Below, in pieces: positions 33,015-44,500 of a stretch of DNA of 64,000 bases; within the stretch, counting starts at the first letter, position 1; every line of letters starts with the position of its first letter. The notes below the pieces were generated by a model. It had not been told where the DNA came from. It made no database searches and saw nothing but the letters and a program-made list of their open reading frames with translations. Both the position numbers and the translations under genes were made by a program. This stretch comes from a virus (lineage: Duplodnaviria; Caudoviricetes), in the IMG/VR virus record IMGVR_UViG_3300014039_000012, positions 64,001 through 128,000 of that record. One strand, given 5' to 3'.

Positions 33015-34211
33015 ATGGCATTTGTAAAACCGACGGTAACGAAAATTACGGCAGATATTTCTAATCTTTCAATTTATCTGCGTTCTACGAAGAAGTTTGG
33101 AAAGACCACTCTTTTCAGAGATGTTATTCTTGAAAAGTACGGAGACCCTTCTTATGGACTCCTTGTTGGTTGTGGTGCGGAGTGTGGTTATAAGATGCTT
33201 GACGGTCTTAATGTTACACAGGTGGAATCATGGGACGATGTCGTCGAACTTAAGAACTGGCTGATTTCAGAAAGGGATAAAGAACATCATATCAAGATTG
33301 TCGCCTTCGATACTGGTGACGAACTTGCTCTTCTTGCTGATGCGAAGACAATTAAGCTTTCTAACCGCGAAAACCCACAGAAACAAGTGCGTTCGATCAA
33401 GGCGGCTTTTGGGGGATACACTGCGGGAGAGAAGTATTCCGCCAACAACCTGATCAAGCCGATGATTTCCGAGCTGAGCAAAGCGGGTTTTGGAGTTTGG
33501 GTTATTGCACATACAAAGCTGAAGACGATTAAGGATAAGGGTGCTCTCGACGAAGACGGATATATGCAGTTGACTTCCAATCTTGCCGCAGATTATGAAG
33601 CGGCGTTCGGAGATTGTCTTGACGTATGCCTTACGGGCATCGTAGACAGAGACACCGAGGAGCGTGGTTCTGGCGATAAGAAGAAAAAGTATGTGACGGA
33701 GATGGTTCGCAAACTTTATTTCCGTGGAACCGACACAATTGATGCGGGTGGTCGTTTTGCGGATGGTACAGTCCCCGAATACTTGGTATTCGATAAGCCG
33801 AATATGGCAAAAGATTTCATCAATGTTGTCGAAGATGGCATCGAGAAAAGCAAAACGAATTTCTCTTCCACAAACTCGACAACGACAAAGAAAGCGCCTC
33901 CCGTGTATCGCGTAGAAACTCCGAAGCCCGTCTCTTCTGATGAAGACCTCGACGCGAATCCCAACTCCGCCGATATTGACGATCTCGACCCCGACACTTC
34001 CAACGTCGATCTCGATATGGATGGCACAGACACTGCTCCGACCATTGAAGAGCTCCGTGTAGAAATTCAGGGAAAGCTTCGCACGGCAAGCGCAGAGATG
34101 AAGAAGAGAGCAAGGGAGATTCTGATTACCGAAGCGGCAGACCCGGAGAAGATCAAACTGGTTGACGCGACGGCCGAAACGCTGAATAAGATTCTTACGA
34201 TTCTTGATTAA
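33015..34211 (+). CDS. AAA ATPase, Sak4/AAA_24-like single-strand annealing protein
   Basis: KKFGKTT Walker A, VAFDT Walker B, VIAHTK, AGGRF. Confidence 0.75.
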   Translation: MAFVKPTVTKITADISNLSIYLRSTKKFGKTTLFRDVILEKYGDPSYGLLVGCGAECGYKMLDGLNVTQVESWDDVVELKNWLISERDKEHHIKIVAFDTGDELALLADAKTIKLSNRENPQKQVRSIKAAFGGYTAGEKYSANNLIKPMISELSKAGFGVWVIAHTKLKTIKDKGALDEDGYMQLTSNLAADYEAAFGDCLDVCLTGIVDRDTEERGSGDKKKKYVTEMVRKLYFRGTDTIDAGGRFADGTVPEYLVFDKPNMAKDFINVVEDGIEKSKTNFSSTNSTTTKKAPPVYRVETPKPVSSDEDLDANPNSADIDDLDPDTSNVDLDMDGTDTAPTIEELRVEIQGKLRTASAEMKKRAREILITEAADPEKIKLVDATAETLNKILTILD

Positions 34212-34253
34212 ATTTCGTGAATAAAGGCGCATTTCAAAAATCTAAAAACTTTT

Positions 34254-34292
34254 CAAAACCCTCTTGACAACAGGAGGGTTTTGTGGTATAAT
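34254..34292 (+). promoter_or_regulatory. fused terminator hairpin / sigmaA promoter
   Basis: CAAAACCCTCTTG-acaa-CAGGAGGGTTTTG; TTGACA 34264, TATAAT 34287. Confidence 0.85.
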
Positions 34293-34322
34293 AATATCAG
34301 GAATCGAAAGGAGAATTGATTT

Positions 34323-34895
34323 ATGTTAAATGTTGGTTACTTGACCTCTGATACAACCGCTTCCGGAGACGAGATGTATACCCCGTTTTATGCTGTTACG
34401 CCTCTTATTAAATATCTGAAATATAGCGGTTATAAAACTATTTGGCGCCCGTTCGATGAAGAATGGAGCGCTTATGTCCAGAAATTTAGAGAAGAAGGGT
34501 TCAGTGTGATTCGGAGCTCGCTATCCGATGGAAAAGATTTCTTCGAATATGAGCCAGACGAACCTTATGATGTCATCATTAGTAACGTTCCATTTTCGAA
34601 AAAAGACGAAATTCTTCGTCGTCTTGATGAACTTGGTAAACCATTTGCCATTCTCTTTCCATTGAACAGCTTGCAGGGCAAGTCTCGGTTTGAAATTTTC
34701 AAGAAGGGAATTCAGGTTTTGGTTTTTGATCAACGCATTGGATTTCACACCCCGAAAAGTATGGTGGCTCCTATTGAGGGCAGCCCATTTGCATCCGCAT
34801 ATTTCTGTCGGAATTTTTTATTGGGGAGAGACTTGATTATGGAGAAACTGGATAAATATGACAGACCGTTGATAGAGGAGGAAACAAGCGAATGA
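34323..34895 (+). CDS. adenine-specific DNA methyltransferase-like protein
   Basis: DEMYTP, IWRPFD, GKDFF and ISNVPFSKK (NPPF-like motif IV). Confidence 0.7.
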   Translation: MLNVGYLTSDTTASGDEMYTPFYAVTPLIKYLKYSGYKTIWRPFDEEWSAYVQKFREEGFSVIRSSLSDGKDFFEYEPDEPYDVIISNVPFSKKDEILRRLDELGKPFAILFPLNSLQGKSRFEIFKKGIQVLVFDQRIGFHTPKSMVAPIEGSPFASAYFCRNFLLGRDLIMEKLDKYDRPLIEEETSE

Positions 34896-35422
34896 TGGTT
34901 GAATGTTTTTGCGGTTGCCGGAACAAAATTGAACAGTCTTGCGCATATAAGATTGTTCTTGGTGAATCTCGCAAAGTTTACTTTTTAAACGAACAGCATT
35001 ATCACCGTTGGCAAGACAAAAATTCGGCAAAGTCTAACAAAATTGACGAAAAGGAGTTTGCTCCGATTTATGACATTGTTGTTGAGATTTGTGGCGGAAA
35101 ATTTGATGGAAGAACAGTTGTTTGGAAAGAATATCTGACTTGGAAAGAAGTCGTTGACGGAAACGGCAACAAAGTCAGATGGTATTTAACAGAGAATAAA
35201 CGTTCACTGTCGGAAGCATTGAAGAAAAAGCATTTTGAGAACGACTTCAGAATGATTAGGTATTTGAGCGCAATTGTTAGAAATAACGTGGCGCAGTATC
35301 GGTCGAACGAATATATGAGTTTGCCGTTAAGCGAGTCTGAGTCGCAAGTAAAGGAGAATACGGCAGTAATTCCGAACAGTAAACGTAGAAAATCATTGGC
35401 AGAATTGGAGGATGAAGCTTAA
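34892..35422 (+). CDS. hypothetical replication protein (possible helicase loader)
   Basis: Overlaps the dnaB start; N-terminal Cys residues. Confidence 0.45.
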   Translation: MMVECFCGCRNKIEQSCAYKIVLGESRKVYFLNEQHYHRWQDKNSAKSNKIDEKEFAPIYDIVVEICGGKFDGRTVVWKEYLTWKEVVDGNGNKVRWYLTENKRSLSEALKKKHFENDFRMIRYLSAIVRNNVAQYRSNEYMSLPLSESESQVKENTAVIPNSKRRKSLAELEDEA

Positions 35423-37029
35423 TGTGTCAGATTGAACAGTTTGTAACAGGTGTTATTGATCAGTACCCGCAGGAGCTTTTAGAGAATCGATTAACAGTTG
35501 AAGGGAATTTACTTGCGGCTTTATTTTCAGACGTTACGCTGTATGATGATGTGTGCGCCACAATTACGGTCGAGTCTTTTCTTTCTCGTCACGGTAAACT
35601 TCTTTTTGGAATTGTCAAATATCTTCGTGAAAAGCACTTCAACGTAATCGACGAAGTAACAGTTCTCTCTAATTGTAACGAAGAAGTGCTTGACCGTCTG
35701 CAGAGTATTGGCGGGTGGAAGACAATTCAGAAACTTGCTTCAACCGTTGACTTGAAAAACTGGGATGCTATTCTTGATGAGTTCAACAAAAGCAACATTA
35801 TTCTGAAACTTTATAAAAATGGATTCAATCTTCTCGAAGAAGTGACGCTTGACAATGGAAAGAAAATCAAACCGCTGAAACTGTTTGAGAGATTTAGCGC
35901 AAACAATGTTACCGAATGGTACGAGGAGAGAATTGCCAATATTTCGATTAACAATAGTGCTTCCTCGATGAAAATTATTGACGAGGGCGAAGCACTATTC
36001 GGCGGAGACTTTCTTAAAAATCTGAAAGAAGATGGGGACGATGGTGTTTCTCTTGCAAAAGCCGGATTGAATTTCGAAGGCAAAGAGATCAAAATGTTTC
36101 CCTTCCTGACCCGTCAAATTTCTGGTCTTCACAGAGGAACAACTAATGCCCTTGCCTCGCACTCTGGTTGCGGTAAAACAAACCTGATAATGAACATCGT
36201 TTTTACTCTTCTTGCGCAGGGGTTGAAAGGCGTATTTATTAGTAACGAGATGTCTTCCAAAGAGCTGAAGATTATTATTATGATGATCGTTCTGACACAA
36301 TATAGAAATTATTGGAAGATTACAAAAAAGAAATTGAGAAATGCCGATTTAACAGATGAAGATAAAGAAGAAGTTCAGTTGGCATTAAAATGGTGGGACG
36401 AAGGTATCGGCAAAAATCTGAAAATCGTTACAATGAGCGATGCCGATTCCGCTCTGACGCACGATATTATTAAAAAAGAAGCACTTCGTAATGGAATCGA
36501 TTTCTTCGTGGTCGATACATTTAAAATGACGCTCGAAGATGGAAACAATTCTGGATTCTGGATTGATCTTATTAAAGATTCTCGTGATATGGACTCTCTT
36601 GCAAAGAAATATAATCTAATTGGACTTTATACAATTCAGTTGGTGGCAAACAGCATTGGGAATTTGTTTTTGGACGCATCTGCACTTTCTGGCAGCAAGG
36701 CCATTAAGGAAACATGTTCTACTATGATCTTCATGCGTAAAGCCCTTATGAGTTTGGAACTAGAGGCTGGTGGCCCATATGATTTTAAGCCATTTCGTTC
36801 CATTCAGCAACCGGACGGTTCATACAAAGACGAGCCTTATGAGCTAAAAGACGAAGAAAAAAAATGCGTTTATCGAGTTTTAACCATTGATAAAAATAGG
36901 TATGGAGCAGATAGTGGGGATAATGGCGTCGCATATCTTTATAAGTACACCGGAGATTTTTGTAAATGGGGCGAGACTTGTAAAGTAAAACCCGTAAGAA
37001 AACGTGTGGGGCAAGACGTGAAGCAATGA
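35422..37029 (+). CDS. dnaB: replicative DnaB-like helicase
   Basis: HSGCGKT, ISNEM, VVDTFK, TIQL and DKNRYG SF4 motifs. Confidence 0.85.
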   Translation: MCQIEQFVTGVIDQYPQELLENRLTVEGNLLAALFSDVTLYDDVCATITVESFLSRHGKLLFGIVKYLREKHFNVIDEVTVLSNCNEEVLDRLQSIGGWKTIQKLASTVDLKNWDAILDEFNKSNIILKLYKNGFNLLEEVTLDNGKKIKPLKLFERFSANNVTEWYEERIANISINNSASSMKIIDEGEALFGGDFLKNLKEDGDDGVSLAKAGLNFEGKEIKMFPFLTRQISGLHRGTTNALASHSGCGKTNLIMNIVFTLLAQGLKGVFISNEMSSKELKIIIMMIVLTQYRNYWKITKKKLRNADLTDEDKEEVQLALKWWDEGIGKNLKIVTMSDADSALTHDIIKKEALRNGIDFFVVDTFKMTLEDGNNSGFWIDLIKDSRDMDSLAKKYNLIGLYTIQLVANSIGNLFLDASALSGSKAIKETCSTMIFMRKALMSLELEAGGPYDFKPFRSIQQPDGSYKDEPYELKDEEKKCVYRVLTIDKNRYGADSGDNGVAYLYKYTGDFCKWGETCKVKPVRKRVGQDVKQ

Positions 37030-38852
37030 ATGTTAAATGGACAGATGAGACGGTTAAAGATTGGATAGATAATAATGTTGCAAAAGACCTATTTGTTGGA
37101 ATTGAAAGAGCCACTTTTGATAACGGAACAAGAAAACAAATAAGAACAAGAGTTTTTGCGAAATGTATAAAATGCGGGATTGTTTTTAAAAAAGATTGGG
37201 ATGAATATAGAAGAAAGAAAATATTTTTATGCAAGAATTGTTCTCTTGAACTTTTGCATCTTCCGAAGACACTAACCGATAATTATATTTCTAATTTTGT
37301 TAAAGAAAATTCTTCTGCTGAATTAATCAAAATTGAAAGATACAAATTAAAGCCGCCGTTATTAATTTTAAAATGTTCATCTTGTGGTGAAATATATAAA
37401 CAAAATTTTACAGATTTTAGTAGAGAAGACGGTTGCAGAGTGTGCCAAAAATGTACGGATAAAATTAGAAGAACAACCCGTTCACGAAATGCAGCGAAGC
37501 AAAATAATCTTTTAGATAATTGTCCCGAAATTATAGATATTTGGAGTAGTAAAAATAGTTGTGGTCCAGAAAATTATTCCTTAAAATCAAATAAAAGAGC
37601 ATTTTTTAAATGTAACAAATGTGGGAATGAGTGGTCTGCAATAATTAACGCGGTTGCGACTTCGTTAAAAGCGGGGAATAGTGGATGTGGAAAATGTTTA
37701 AGAAAGAAAGCATATACAAAGCAGGAATTTCTCGAAGATCTTAATAAGTTAAATCCAACAATAGAACTTTTGGGACAGTATACCAATCTTACAACCCACA
37801 CAAATTTTAGATGTAAAGTCTGCGGCAATATTTGGAAAGCCCCTCCTAACAGACTTGTACCACAAACTTCTAAAACAAAACCCACTGGTTGTCCAGTATG
37901 TTCTCGTAAAGCAATTGGCCCTCCTCCTGAATATTTAAACAGTATTTGGTCAAATGATCGTTATCGAGAAGAGTGGGCGCTATATTTTGATGAAGAATTT
38001 ATGAAAACCCACACAGTTCAATGCGATCGGTATGTAGAAATCAGATGTCCTGATTGTGGCAAAATAAAAAGAACTAAAATTTCTAATTTGGCACATCGGG
38101 GTTTTCGCTGTAGTTGTAATCGTAAAACAAGTTATCCTAATAAGTTTCTTTATTCGGTTTTGGATCAACTCGGCATCGAATATGAGTCAGAATATAATCG
38201 CGAATGGAGCAAGATGATGAGATATGATATCGCAATTCCGTCCCTATCTCTTATCATTGAGAACCACGGAATTCAACATTATAAAGACGGAATATTTTCT
38301 ACCAGAACTCTTGAAGAAAATCAAGAGACAGATAGAATTAAAAAGAAACTCGCTATTTCCAACGGATTTATTAATTATGTCGTATTAGACTGTCAAAAGG
38401 CAGAAGCGGGTTGGATTAAGAAATCTATTATGGAAAGCGAACTGTCAAAATTATTAAAATTCTATGAATCAGATATCGATTGGGACAAAGCGGACGCATT
38501 TGCCTGCAGCAATACTATTCGAGAAATATGTGAAAACTGGGAAACAGACTTTGATATAGAAAGAGTCTCCAAATTTTTTCATATATCAAAAGGCACAGCC
38601 CAAGATTATCTTCTTATTGGTCATAAATACGCTTGGTGTTCATACGACCCACAATGGCATTTCCGGCCAGTATTTTCACCAGAACTAAATCGGCGATTTG
38701 GAGCAATGTATGCCGCATCAACTAAATACGGTGTTAAGTGTTCCGACATTCTATGTTGCTGCGAAGGCAAAAAAGAGTCTGCGGGAATTGACCCACAAAC
38801 AGGACTGCTACTAACTTGGAGATATGCAGATGATTATACAAGTACAAGATAA
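37026..38852 (+). CDS. Zn-ribbon repeat protein with C-terminal endonuclease domain (putative free-standing homing endonuclease)
   Basis: Many CxxC pairs (FKCNKCGNEW, GCPVC); SYPNKF...RYDIAI..IIENHGIQHY...DRIKK Vsr/PD-(D/E)XK-like domain. Confidence 0.7.
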   Translation: MNVKWTDETVKDWIDNNVAKDLFVGIERATFDNGTRKQIRTRVFAKCIKCGIVFKKDWDEYRRKKIFLCKNCSLELLHLPKTLTDNYISNFVKENSSAELIKIERYKLKPPLLILKCSSCGEIYKQNFTDFSREDGCRVCQKCTDKIRRTTRSRNAAKQNNLLDNCPEIIDIWSSKNSCGPENYSLKSNKRAFFKCNKCGNEWSAIINAVATSLKAGNSGCGKCLRKKAYTKQEFLEDLNKLNPTIELLGQYTNLTTHTNFRCKVCGNIWKAPPNRLVPQTSKTKPTGCPVCSRKAIGPPPEYLNSIWSNDRYREEWALYFDEEFMKTHTVQCDRYVEIRCPDCGKIKRTKISNLAHRGFRCSCNRKTSYPNKFLYSVLDQLGIEYESEYNREWSKMMRYDIAIPSLSLIIENHGIQHYKDGIFSTRTLEENQETDRIKKKLAISNGFINYVVLDCQKAEAGWIKKSIMESELSKLLKFYESDIDWDKADAFACSNTIREICENWETDFDIERVSKFFHISKGTAQDYLLIGHKYAWCSYDPQWHFRPVFSPELNRRFGAMYAASTKYGVKCSDILCCCEGKKESAGIDPQTGLLLTWRYADDYTSTR

Positions 38853-38887
38853 GTGAACAAAAACATTGTTTTATTTGGAGGATTACG

Positions 38888-39190
38888 ATGACAAGATTAA
38901 CAAAACAACAGTTTAAAGAACTGATGAAAGAATTTCCCAATGGTGGAATTCCATTTCTTGATAGCGATTATTCAAACGTAAACGGTGTTCTCGTTACAGA
39001 CGGCGATTTCGGAGCGACTTGTCTTGTTCCAACAGCGGACGGCGAGGTTTTTGATTACGATTGGAATATTGAAGAATATGACGATAACGATGAATTTTAC
39101 GTTCTTGATTATGCCGATATTCTTCAAATCATTCAGACTCTAACGAAAGGACTTCGGATTCAACTACATCCGTGGTGGGAGAAAAACTAA
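38888..39190 (+). CDS. hypothetical protein
   Basis: GGAGG RBS. Confidence 0.6.
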   Translation: MTRLTKQQFKELMKEFPNGGIPFLDSDYSNVNGVLVTDGDFGATCLVPTADGEVFDYDWNIEEYDDNDEFYVLDYADILQIIQTLTKGLRIQLHPWWEKN

Positions 39191-39202
39191 AAAATAATTT
39201 TC

Positions 39203-39240
39203 CAAAACCTCTTGACAAACAAGGGGTTTTGTGCTATAAT
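39203..39240 (+). promoter_or_regulatory. fused terminator hairpin / sigmaA promoter
   Basis: CAAAACCTCTTG-acaaa-CAAGGGGTTTTG; TTGACA 39212, TATAAT 39235. Confidence 0.85.
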
Positions 39241-39287
39241 AATAGTAGAAATGAAACACCGATTTTATTTACAAAGGAGAATAAACA

Positions 39288-39773
39288 ATGAAAGAAATCA
39301 AGCTTACAATCGATGGCAAGGAAGTTCAGTTGACTGATAAACAGTTGAGGGTGCTGGGAATTGAAAGAAGAGAAAATCCTTTTGGCAGAACAAGCAATCT
39401 TTGTGGAGAATATTTCTATACAGATGCTTTTGGTTGTGTTGGTGTTGGGAGCGAGGAATATTCTGATGTATGGAGGCAGTTATGGAATGCCGCAAATTAT
39501 TTCAACGATAAGGCATTTGCAAAGCGGGTCGCGCTTCGTCAGCTGCTTGATCGCAAACTTTTGAAGTATGCGTATGATAATGGATATGAAGCAACAGAAA
39601 AGTCGAGCCAGTATTATGTTAACTATTGTCCGAGCACAAAATCCTATACGGTTCAAATCGATTGTGGCTTTCGAGCTTTCTGTACTCATTTCTCTTCATA
39701 TAAAGCTACTGAGCGTGCAATTGAAGAAATAGTTAAACCGTTTGTGAAAGAACATCCTGAATTTGTATGGTGA
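39288..39773 (+). CDS. hypothetical protein, paralog of 49258..49752
   Basis: Shared LT.xQL..LGIE..xNPF.R, NYFNDK.FA..VAL.QLL.RKLLK.AYDNG and PF.KEHP.FVW motifs. Confidence 0.7.
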   Translation: MKEIKLTIDGKEVQLTDKQLRVLGIERRENPFGRTSNLCGEYFYTDAFGCVGVGSEEYSDVWRQLWNAANYFNDKAFAKRVALRQLLDRKLLKYAYDNGYEATEKSSQYYVNYCPSTKSYTVQIDCGFRAFCTHFSSYKATERAIEEIVKPFVKEHPEFVW

Positions 39774-39805
39774 TAAAAAGCTACTTTTATTAACGAGGAT
39801 CAATT

Positions 39806-40066
39806 ATGTTAAAAAGATTAAAGAAAAAAATAATCCATAAATTGGGTGGAATGACGGAATACGAATGCCGCCAATATATCGCTTGTTTGGAGTTCAATGA
39901 CATTAAAAGCATTAAAGCCGAAAAAGATGGCGCGGTTGTGTGGGAATGTTCTGAATTCAATGGCAAACTGAAACTTTTATTATGTCACACACCGAAATCA
40001 TCAGGCGATAAAGACAAAACCACAATGAGGATAGATACGGAGTCTGATTCTTATTATGGAAGATGA
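39806..40066 (+). CDS. hypothetical protein
   Basis: GAGGA RBS. Confidence 0.5.
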   Translation: MLKRLKKKIIHKLGGMTEYECRQYIACLEFNDIKSIKAEKDGAVVWECSEFNGKLKLLLCHTPKSSGDKDKTTMRIDTESDSYYGR

Positions 40067-40535
40067 AGTAATTTATGCTCGAGACATTGACGACTGTTCG
40101 GTTTGCCCGCTATATGAGAAAGATTGTCCTGGTGGATGGACATCAAGCCCATCTGGTAATCCCATTGAACCGCCTTGTACAAGTTGGAATGGCGATGAAG
40201 AAATTTATGAGGGAATGTATGACCGATATAGTGATTGGAAACTCGAAGACATCAAACAAAAAACCGAAGAGGCGATTCGTCGAGAGCAAGAAGAGCGCGA
40301 AAAGCAGCGGAAAGATCGAAAAGAATATCTCAAAAGACGCATTGCCAAATATTCCAATTATGAGAATGTGAAGATAAAACACATAAGACTTCTCGATAAG
40401 TGGTATTGCCCTCGATGCCATAATTGGTTCTATCCAAACGGGTGTGCGTCTCCTGACCGTGATAGAGACGGAATTGAAACCGCAAGATGCCCAATTTGCG
40501 ACACAAAACTTGCCCATAGTTACGAATTGGATTAA
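40056..40535 (+). CDS. hypothetical Cys-rich protein
   Basis: Several CxxC motifs. Confidence 0.55.
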   Translation: MEDEVIYARDIDDCSVCPLYEKDCPGGWTSSPSGNPIEPPCTSWNGDEEIYEGMYDRYSDWKLEDIKQKTEEAIRREQEEREKQRKDRKEYLKRRIAKYSNYENVKIKHIRLLDKWYCPRCHNWFYPNGCASPDRDRDGIETARCPICDTKLAHSYELD

Positions 40536-40559
40536 TTAGTCATTCAGAAAGGAACCACG

Positions 40560-41570
40560 ATGCTCACTGACATCAAACAAATGTTAATAGAAAACCCAGA
40601 GCACATCGTGGAATTGCTCGAAAGGTTTGAATTCTGCCATATCCATCTCAAACGAACAGAAATCCGGTTTGCTCGTAATGAAGAGGGTGGTCAAAATATC
40701 TCGATTCGGCTCGAAGATAATCCTTCAATTTATGTTAAAGATTTTGTAACAAATGAGAACGGCGACATTATCGCATATATAATGAAAAACCGCTCGGTAA
40801 AGTTTATCGAAGTTCTTTCAGAAATCAAAAGCATTCTGGGACTCGGAGACGATTGGGAGCCGCCGAAAAGAGACGCGTTGTTCGGCGGGTTTTACGACCG
40901 AATCGGAGAAGATAGACAGGTCGAAATTCAAACATATCCAGAATCGATTATGAACCAATATGTCGACAAAGGGAATCTTCGTTGGGTTCGAGACGGAATT
41001 AACCTCGAGACACAGAAGTTTTTCGATGTGCGATTCGATCCGATTGATGACTTGATTGTTTTCCCGTGGAGATCTCCGATTGGAGGAGAGATTATTGCGG
41101 TTAAGGCAAGAGTCAATCATCCGGTCGAGGACGGACAGCAAAAGTATTTTTATGTTCATAAGGGTATGGTGAGCCAGTCGTTATATAACTTTTCAGAATC
41201 ATATGATGGATTGTTCGGAAATGACATTTTGGTTTTCGAGAGCGAAAAGAGTTGTATGCAAGCACGCGGGTTTGGATATAAGAACACGGTGGCGCTTGGT
41301 TCGAGTAATCTTTCGGAAGAACAGGCGAGATTAATTATGACGTTAGCGCCGAAGTCGGTAAAGTTTTTATTAGACGAAGGACTTGAAAAAGAACATACGA
41401 TGAAAAACGTTGAGACGTTGAGACAATATTGTGTGTTTAGAGATTTGCCAATTTCTTGGTGGGATTGGCAGAAGAGCTCGGTTGTTGATGGGAGTGGAAA
41501 AGATAGTCCGACCGACTTGGGCAAAGAGAAGTTTGAAAAAGTTTTGAGAGAGGAAATGGTGGGAGTATAA
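40560..41570 (+). CDS. DNA primase (TOPRIM)
   Basis: IVFPWR, KYFY, LYN, LVFESEKS, VALGS and LDEG motifs; lies between helicase and polymerase. Confidence 0.8.
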   Translation: MLTDIKQMLIENPEHIVELLERFEFCHIHLKRTEIRFARNEEGGQNISIRLEDNPSIYVKDFVTNENGDIIAYIMKNRSVKFIEVLSEIKSILGLGDDWEPPKRDALFGGFYDRIGEDRQVEIQTYPESIMNQYVDKGNLRWVRDGINLETQKFFDVRFDPIDDLIVFPWRSPIGGEIIAVKARVNHPVEDGQQKYFYVHKGMVSQSLYNFSESYDGLFGNDILVFESEKSCMQARGFGYKNTVALGSSNLSEEQARLIMTLAPKSVKFLLDEGLEKEHTMKNVETLRQYCVFRDLPISWWDWQKSSVVDGSGKDSPTDLGKEKFEKVLREEMVGV

Positions 41571-44500
41571 TGCAAAATCTTCATCGACATACTTCATATT
41601 CGAATGTATGTATTGCGGATTCCGCAGCAACAAACGAACAATATGCCAAAAGAGCCGTAGAGTTGGGGCATAAAGTGATTAGTAGCGTTGAGCACGGGTG
41701 GCAGGGATATTATTATCAATGCTATGAACTTGCTCAAAAATATAATCTAAAATTTGTTTTTGGGGCAGAAGCATATTGGGTCAAGGACAGGCAGAAGGAA
41801 TATGAAGAAATTGACCCGGCAACCGGAGAACCGTTAAAAAATAAAGATGGAACAATAAAAGCACACAAAGATAATTCTAATTGTCATATATTGCTTCTCG
41901 CAAAGACGGAAATCGGAAGACGTGCGATTAACAAGATTCTTTCAGAAGCAAACGAAACAGGATATTATTTTAGACCTCGTGTCGATCTCGAACTTCTTCT
42001 TTCTCTTCCCCCTAACGACGTAGTCGTAACAACTGCTTGCGTGGCATATTGGAAATACGATGACATTGAAGATATTACTCTTCAATTGTGGAAACATTTT
42101 GGAAAAAACTTTTATCTTGAGATTCAAGCGCACGCAACCGACCAACAAAGAGAAATCTCTCGCAGAATTCTTTCCTTGTCGCAAAGATATGGAATTGAAA
42201 TGATTGTTGGGCTTGACAGTCATTACATTTATCCAGAACAAGCGCAGGAGAGAGAATATATTCTTGAAGCGAAAGACGTCCATTACAAAGACGAAGATGG
42301 ATGGTATATGGACTATCCCGACGACGAAGAAGTTATGAGACGTTTTATGGAGCAAGGAGTTTTTACAAGAGAACAAGTCCAAAGAGCGATGGACAACACA
42401 GATATTTCTCTAACATTTGACGATTATGCAAAAGACAATCCTGTTTTTAGTAAAGACATCAAACTTCCTACTCTTTATCCCAATCTTTCGCAAGAAGAAA
42501 GAAACAAAAAATATAGTGTTCTAATTAGCAAACTTTTTAGAGAATACGCAGAAAAACATCATATTACAGGAGAAGAGTATAAGAGATATCTTGAAGGAAT
42601 CAAAATGGAGGTTCAAACAGTTAAAGATACTGGAATGGCCGACTATTTCCTTCTTGATTATGAAATTGTTAAAAGAGCAATTGAAAAAGGCGGGGTTTTG
42701 ACTGACAGTGGGAGAGGATGTTTTACGTCCGACGCAATGGCTTTAACAACGAGCGGCATCAAGCACATTAACGAAGTTAAGGTCGGAGATTTTGTAATAG
42801 ATCAAAACGGAAATCCGCAAAAGGTTATTGATACAATGGAATATGATTGTAATGAGGAAATGGTTCAGCTTCTTTATGCGTATGGACCAAATACTCATAA
42901 TCCATTGATCTGTACAAAAGATCATAAGATTTTGATTCATAGAAATGGACAAAATTCTTGGATCGAAGCCGGAAATATTCAGCAAGGAGATTATGTTTGT
43001 TCTCCAAAAATTCATTTTGAAAATCGAGCTCCTGAATATATTGATTTAAATGACTATAATATTTTTGGATATGATTTTGATGATGAATATATTTATGAAT
43101 ATCGTCCTGCGGCAAATGGTATTGTTAAATTTAATTCCATAGATGTTTCTAACCACATTGGTTGTTCCAAACCGTGGGTGTTGCAGGCTGTAAAGAACCC
43201 AGATCGAAAGAAATTTAAACATCCAGAATATGTAAATAGACTGTTAGAATATACGGGCTTTAAATCTCTTCAAGAATATAGTGATTATTTAAAAAATTCT
43301 CACGTTATCAAAATTAAAAGATTTATAAAGAATGACGAACTTTTCAATACGTGGGTTGGAATGATGTATGGAGATGGATGGGTCCGCAATTCCAAACAAA
43401 CGACGGACGTGGGTATGGCGTTCTCCACTTATGGTCATAAACAATCTTATAACCGAGAGATATGTATTAAAATGATTGAGCGTTTTGGAGCACCCTATAG
43501 GTGTGCCGTTCATAAGACAAAACAATTAGAGCAAATTATTATGAAAAGTCGTATTGTGAGTGAGTTTTGTAAAAAATTCTTATTCACAAGTAAAAAAGGA
43601 AAGGCAAAAAGTTTTAATCAAGATTTGTTTTATCAATCCGAGGACAATTTAAGAGCATTATTAAAAGGTTTGACAATTACCGATGGAAGCACCGGGAAAG
43701 AGAATAGAAGAGACAGTTTCGACAACATATCTCAAAGTATCGTTGGAGCATATAAAATTTTAGTGTCAGCAGTTGCTCATTGTCCCACAAGTTTATCTGT
43801 TAGAAAAGCCCACGAAGACAATAGAGGATATCATTCTCAAACTAGTTACAAAATAAGAATGATGAAAGATACGGACGTCCATGTGCTTTCGACATATAGA
43901 ACGCTTTCTGACGATAACTATATTTATCTTCCGGTTTCTCAAATCAAACCAATTGAAAAAGCTAAACGAAAAGTATACGACATCACGGTTGAAAATTCTC
44001 ATAGTTATGTTTTGGATAGTATAGTTGTCCACAATTCTTCAGTTGGATATTTTACAAACACTCTTCTTGGTTTTTCAAAAGTCGATAGATTTCAAAGTCC
44101 GATAACGCTCTATCCTGAGCGATTTATTAGTAAAACAAGAATTCTGGAAACCCACTCATTACCCGATTAACAACATAGTCGCCCATATAAGTGATTATAT
44201 GTGGAAAACCTCGAATATCAGGGGAAACCCTTAAGTCTTAATTACAAAACATTAGCGAAAGCAAAGTGTGGCATCGCCAATCACGATGGTATTGTAAAAA
44301 GATTAAGAATTGGGCAATCCTGAGAGATAACCCTAACCGAATTTATCGTATGGGGAGCTCGCAACGACTACCAAGAGGAATCCGAGATAACATCAACGAT
44401 TGTGGTATAGTCTATTCCGACCATTTATTTGGTGCAAATACTACGAAAGTAGCGGTAGGTCAAGATCGATATGAACTGGGGAACCCCGGAAATTGCTGAA

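Noticed and set aside
44266-44499. 77-aa ORF inside dnaE intron 1 as a homing endonuclease
   Set aside because: It overlaps the intron catalytic core and has no nuclease motif
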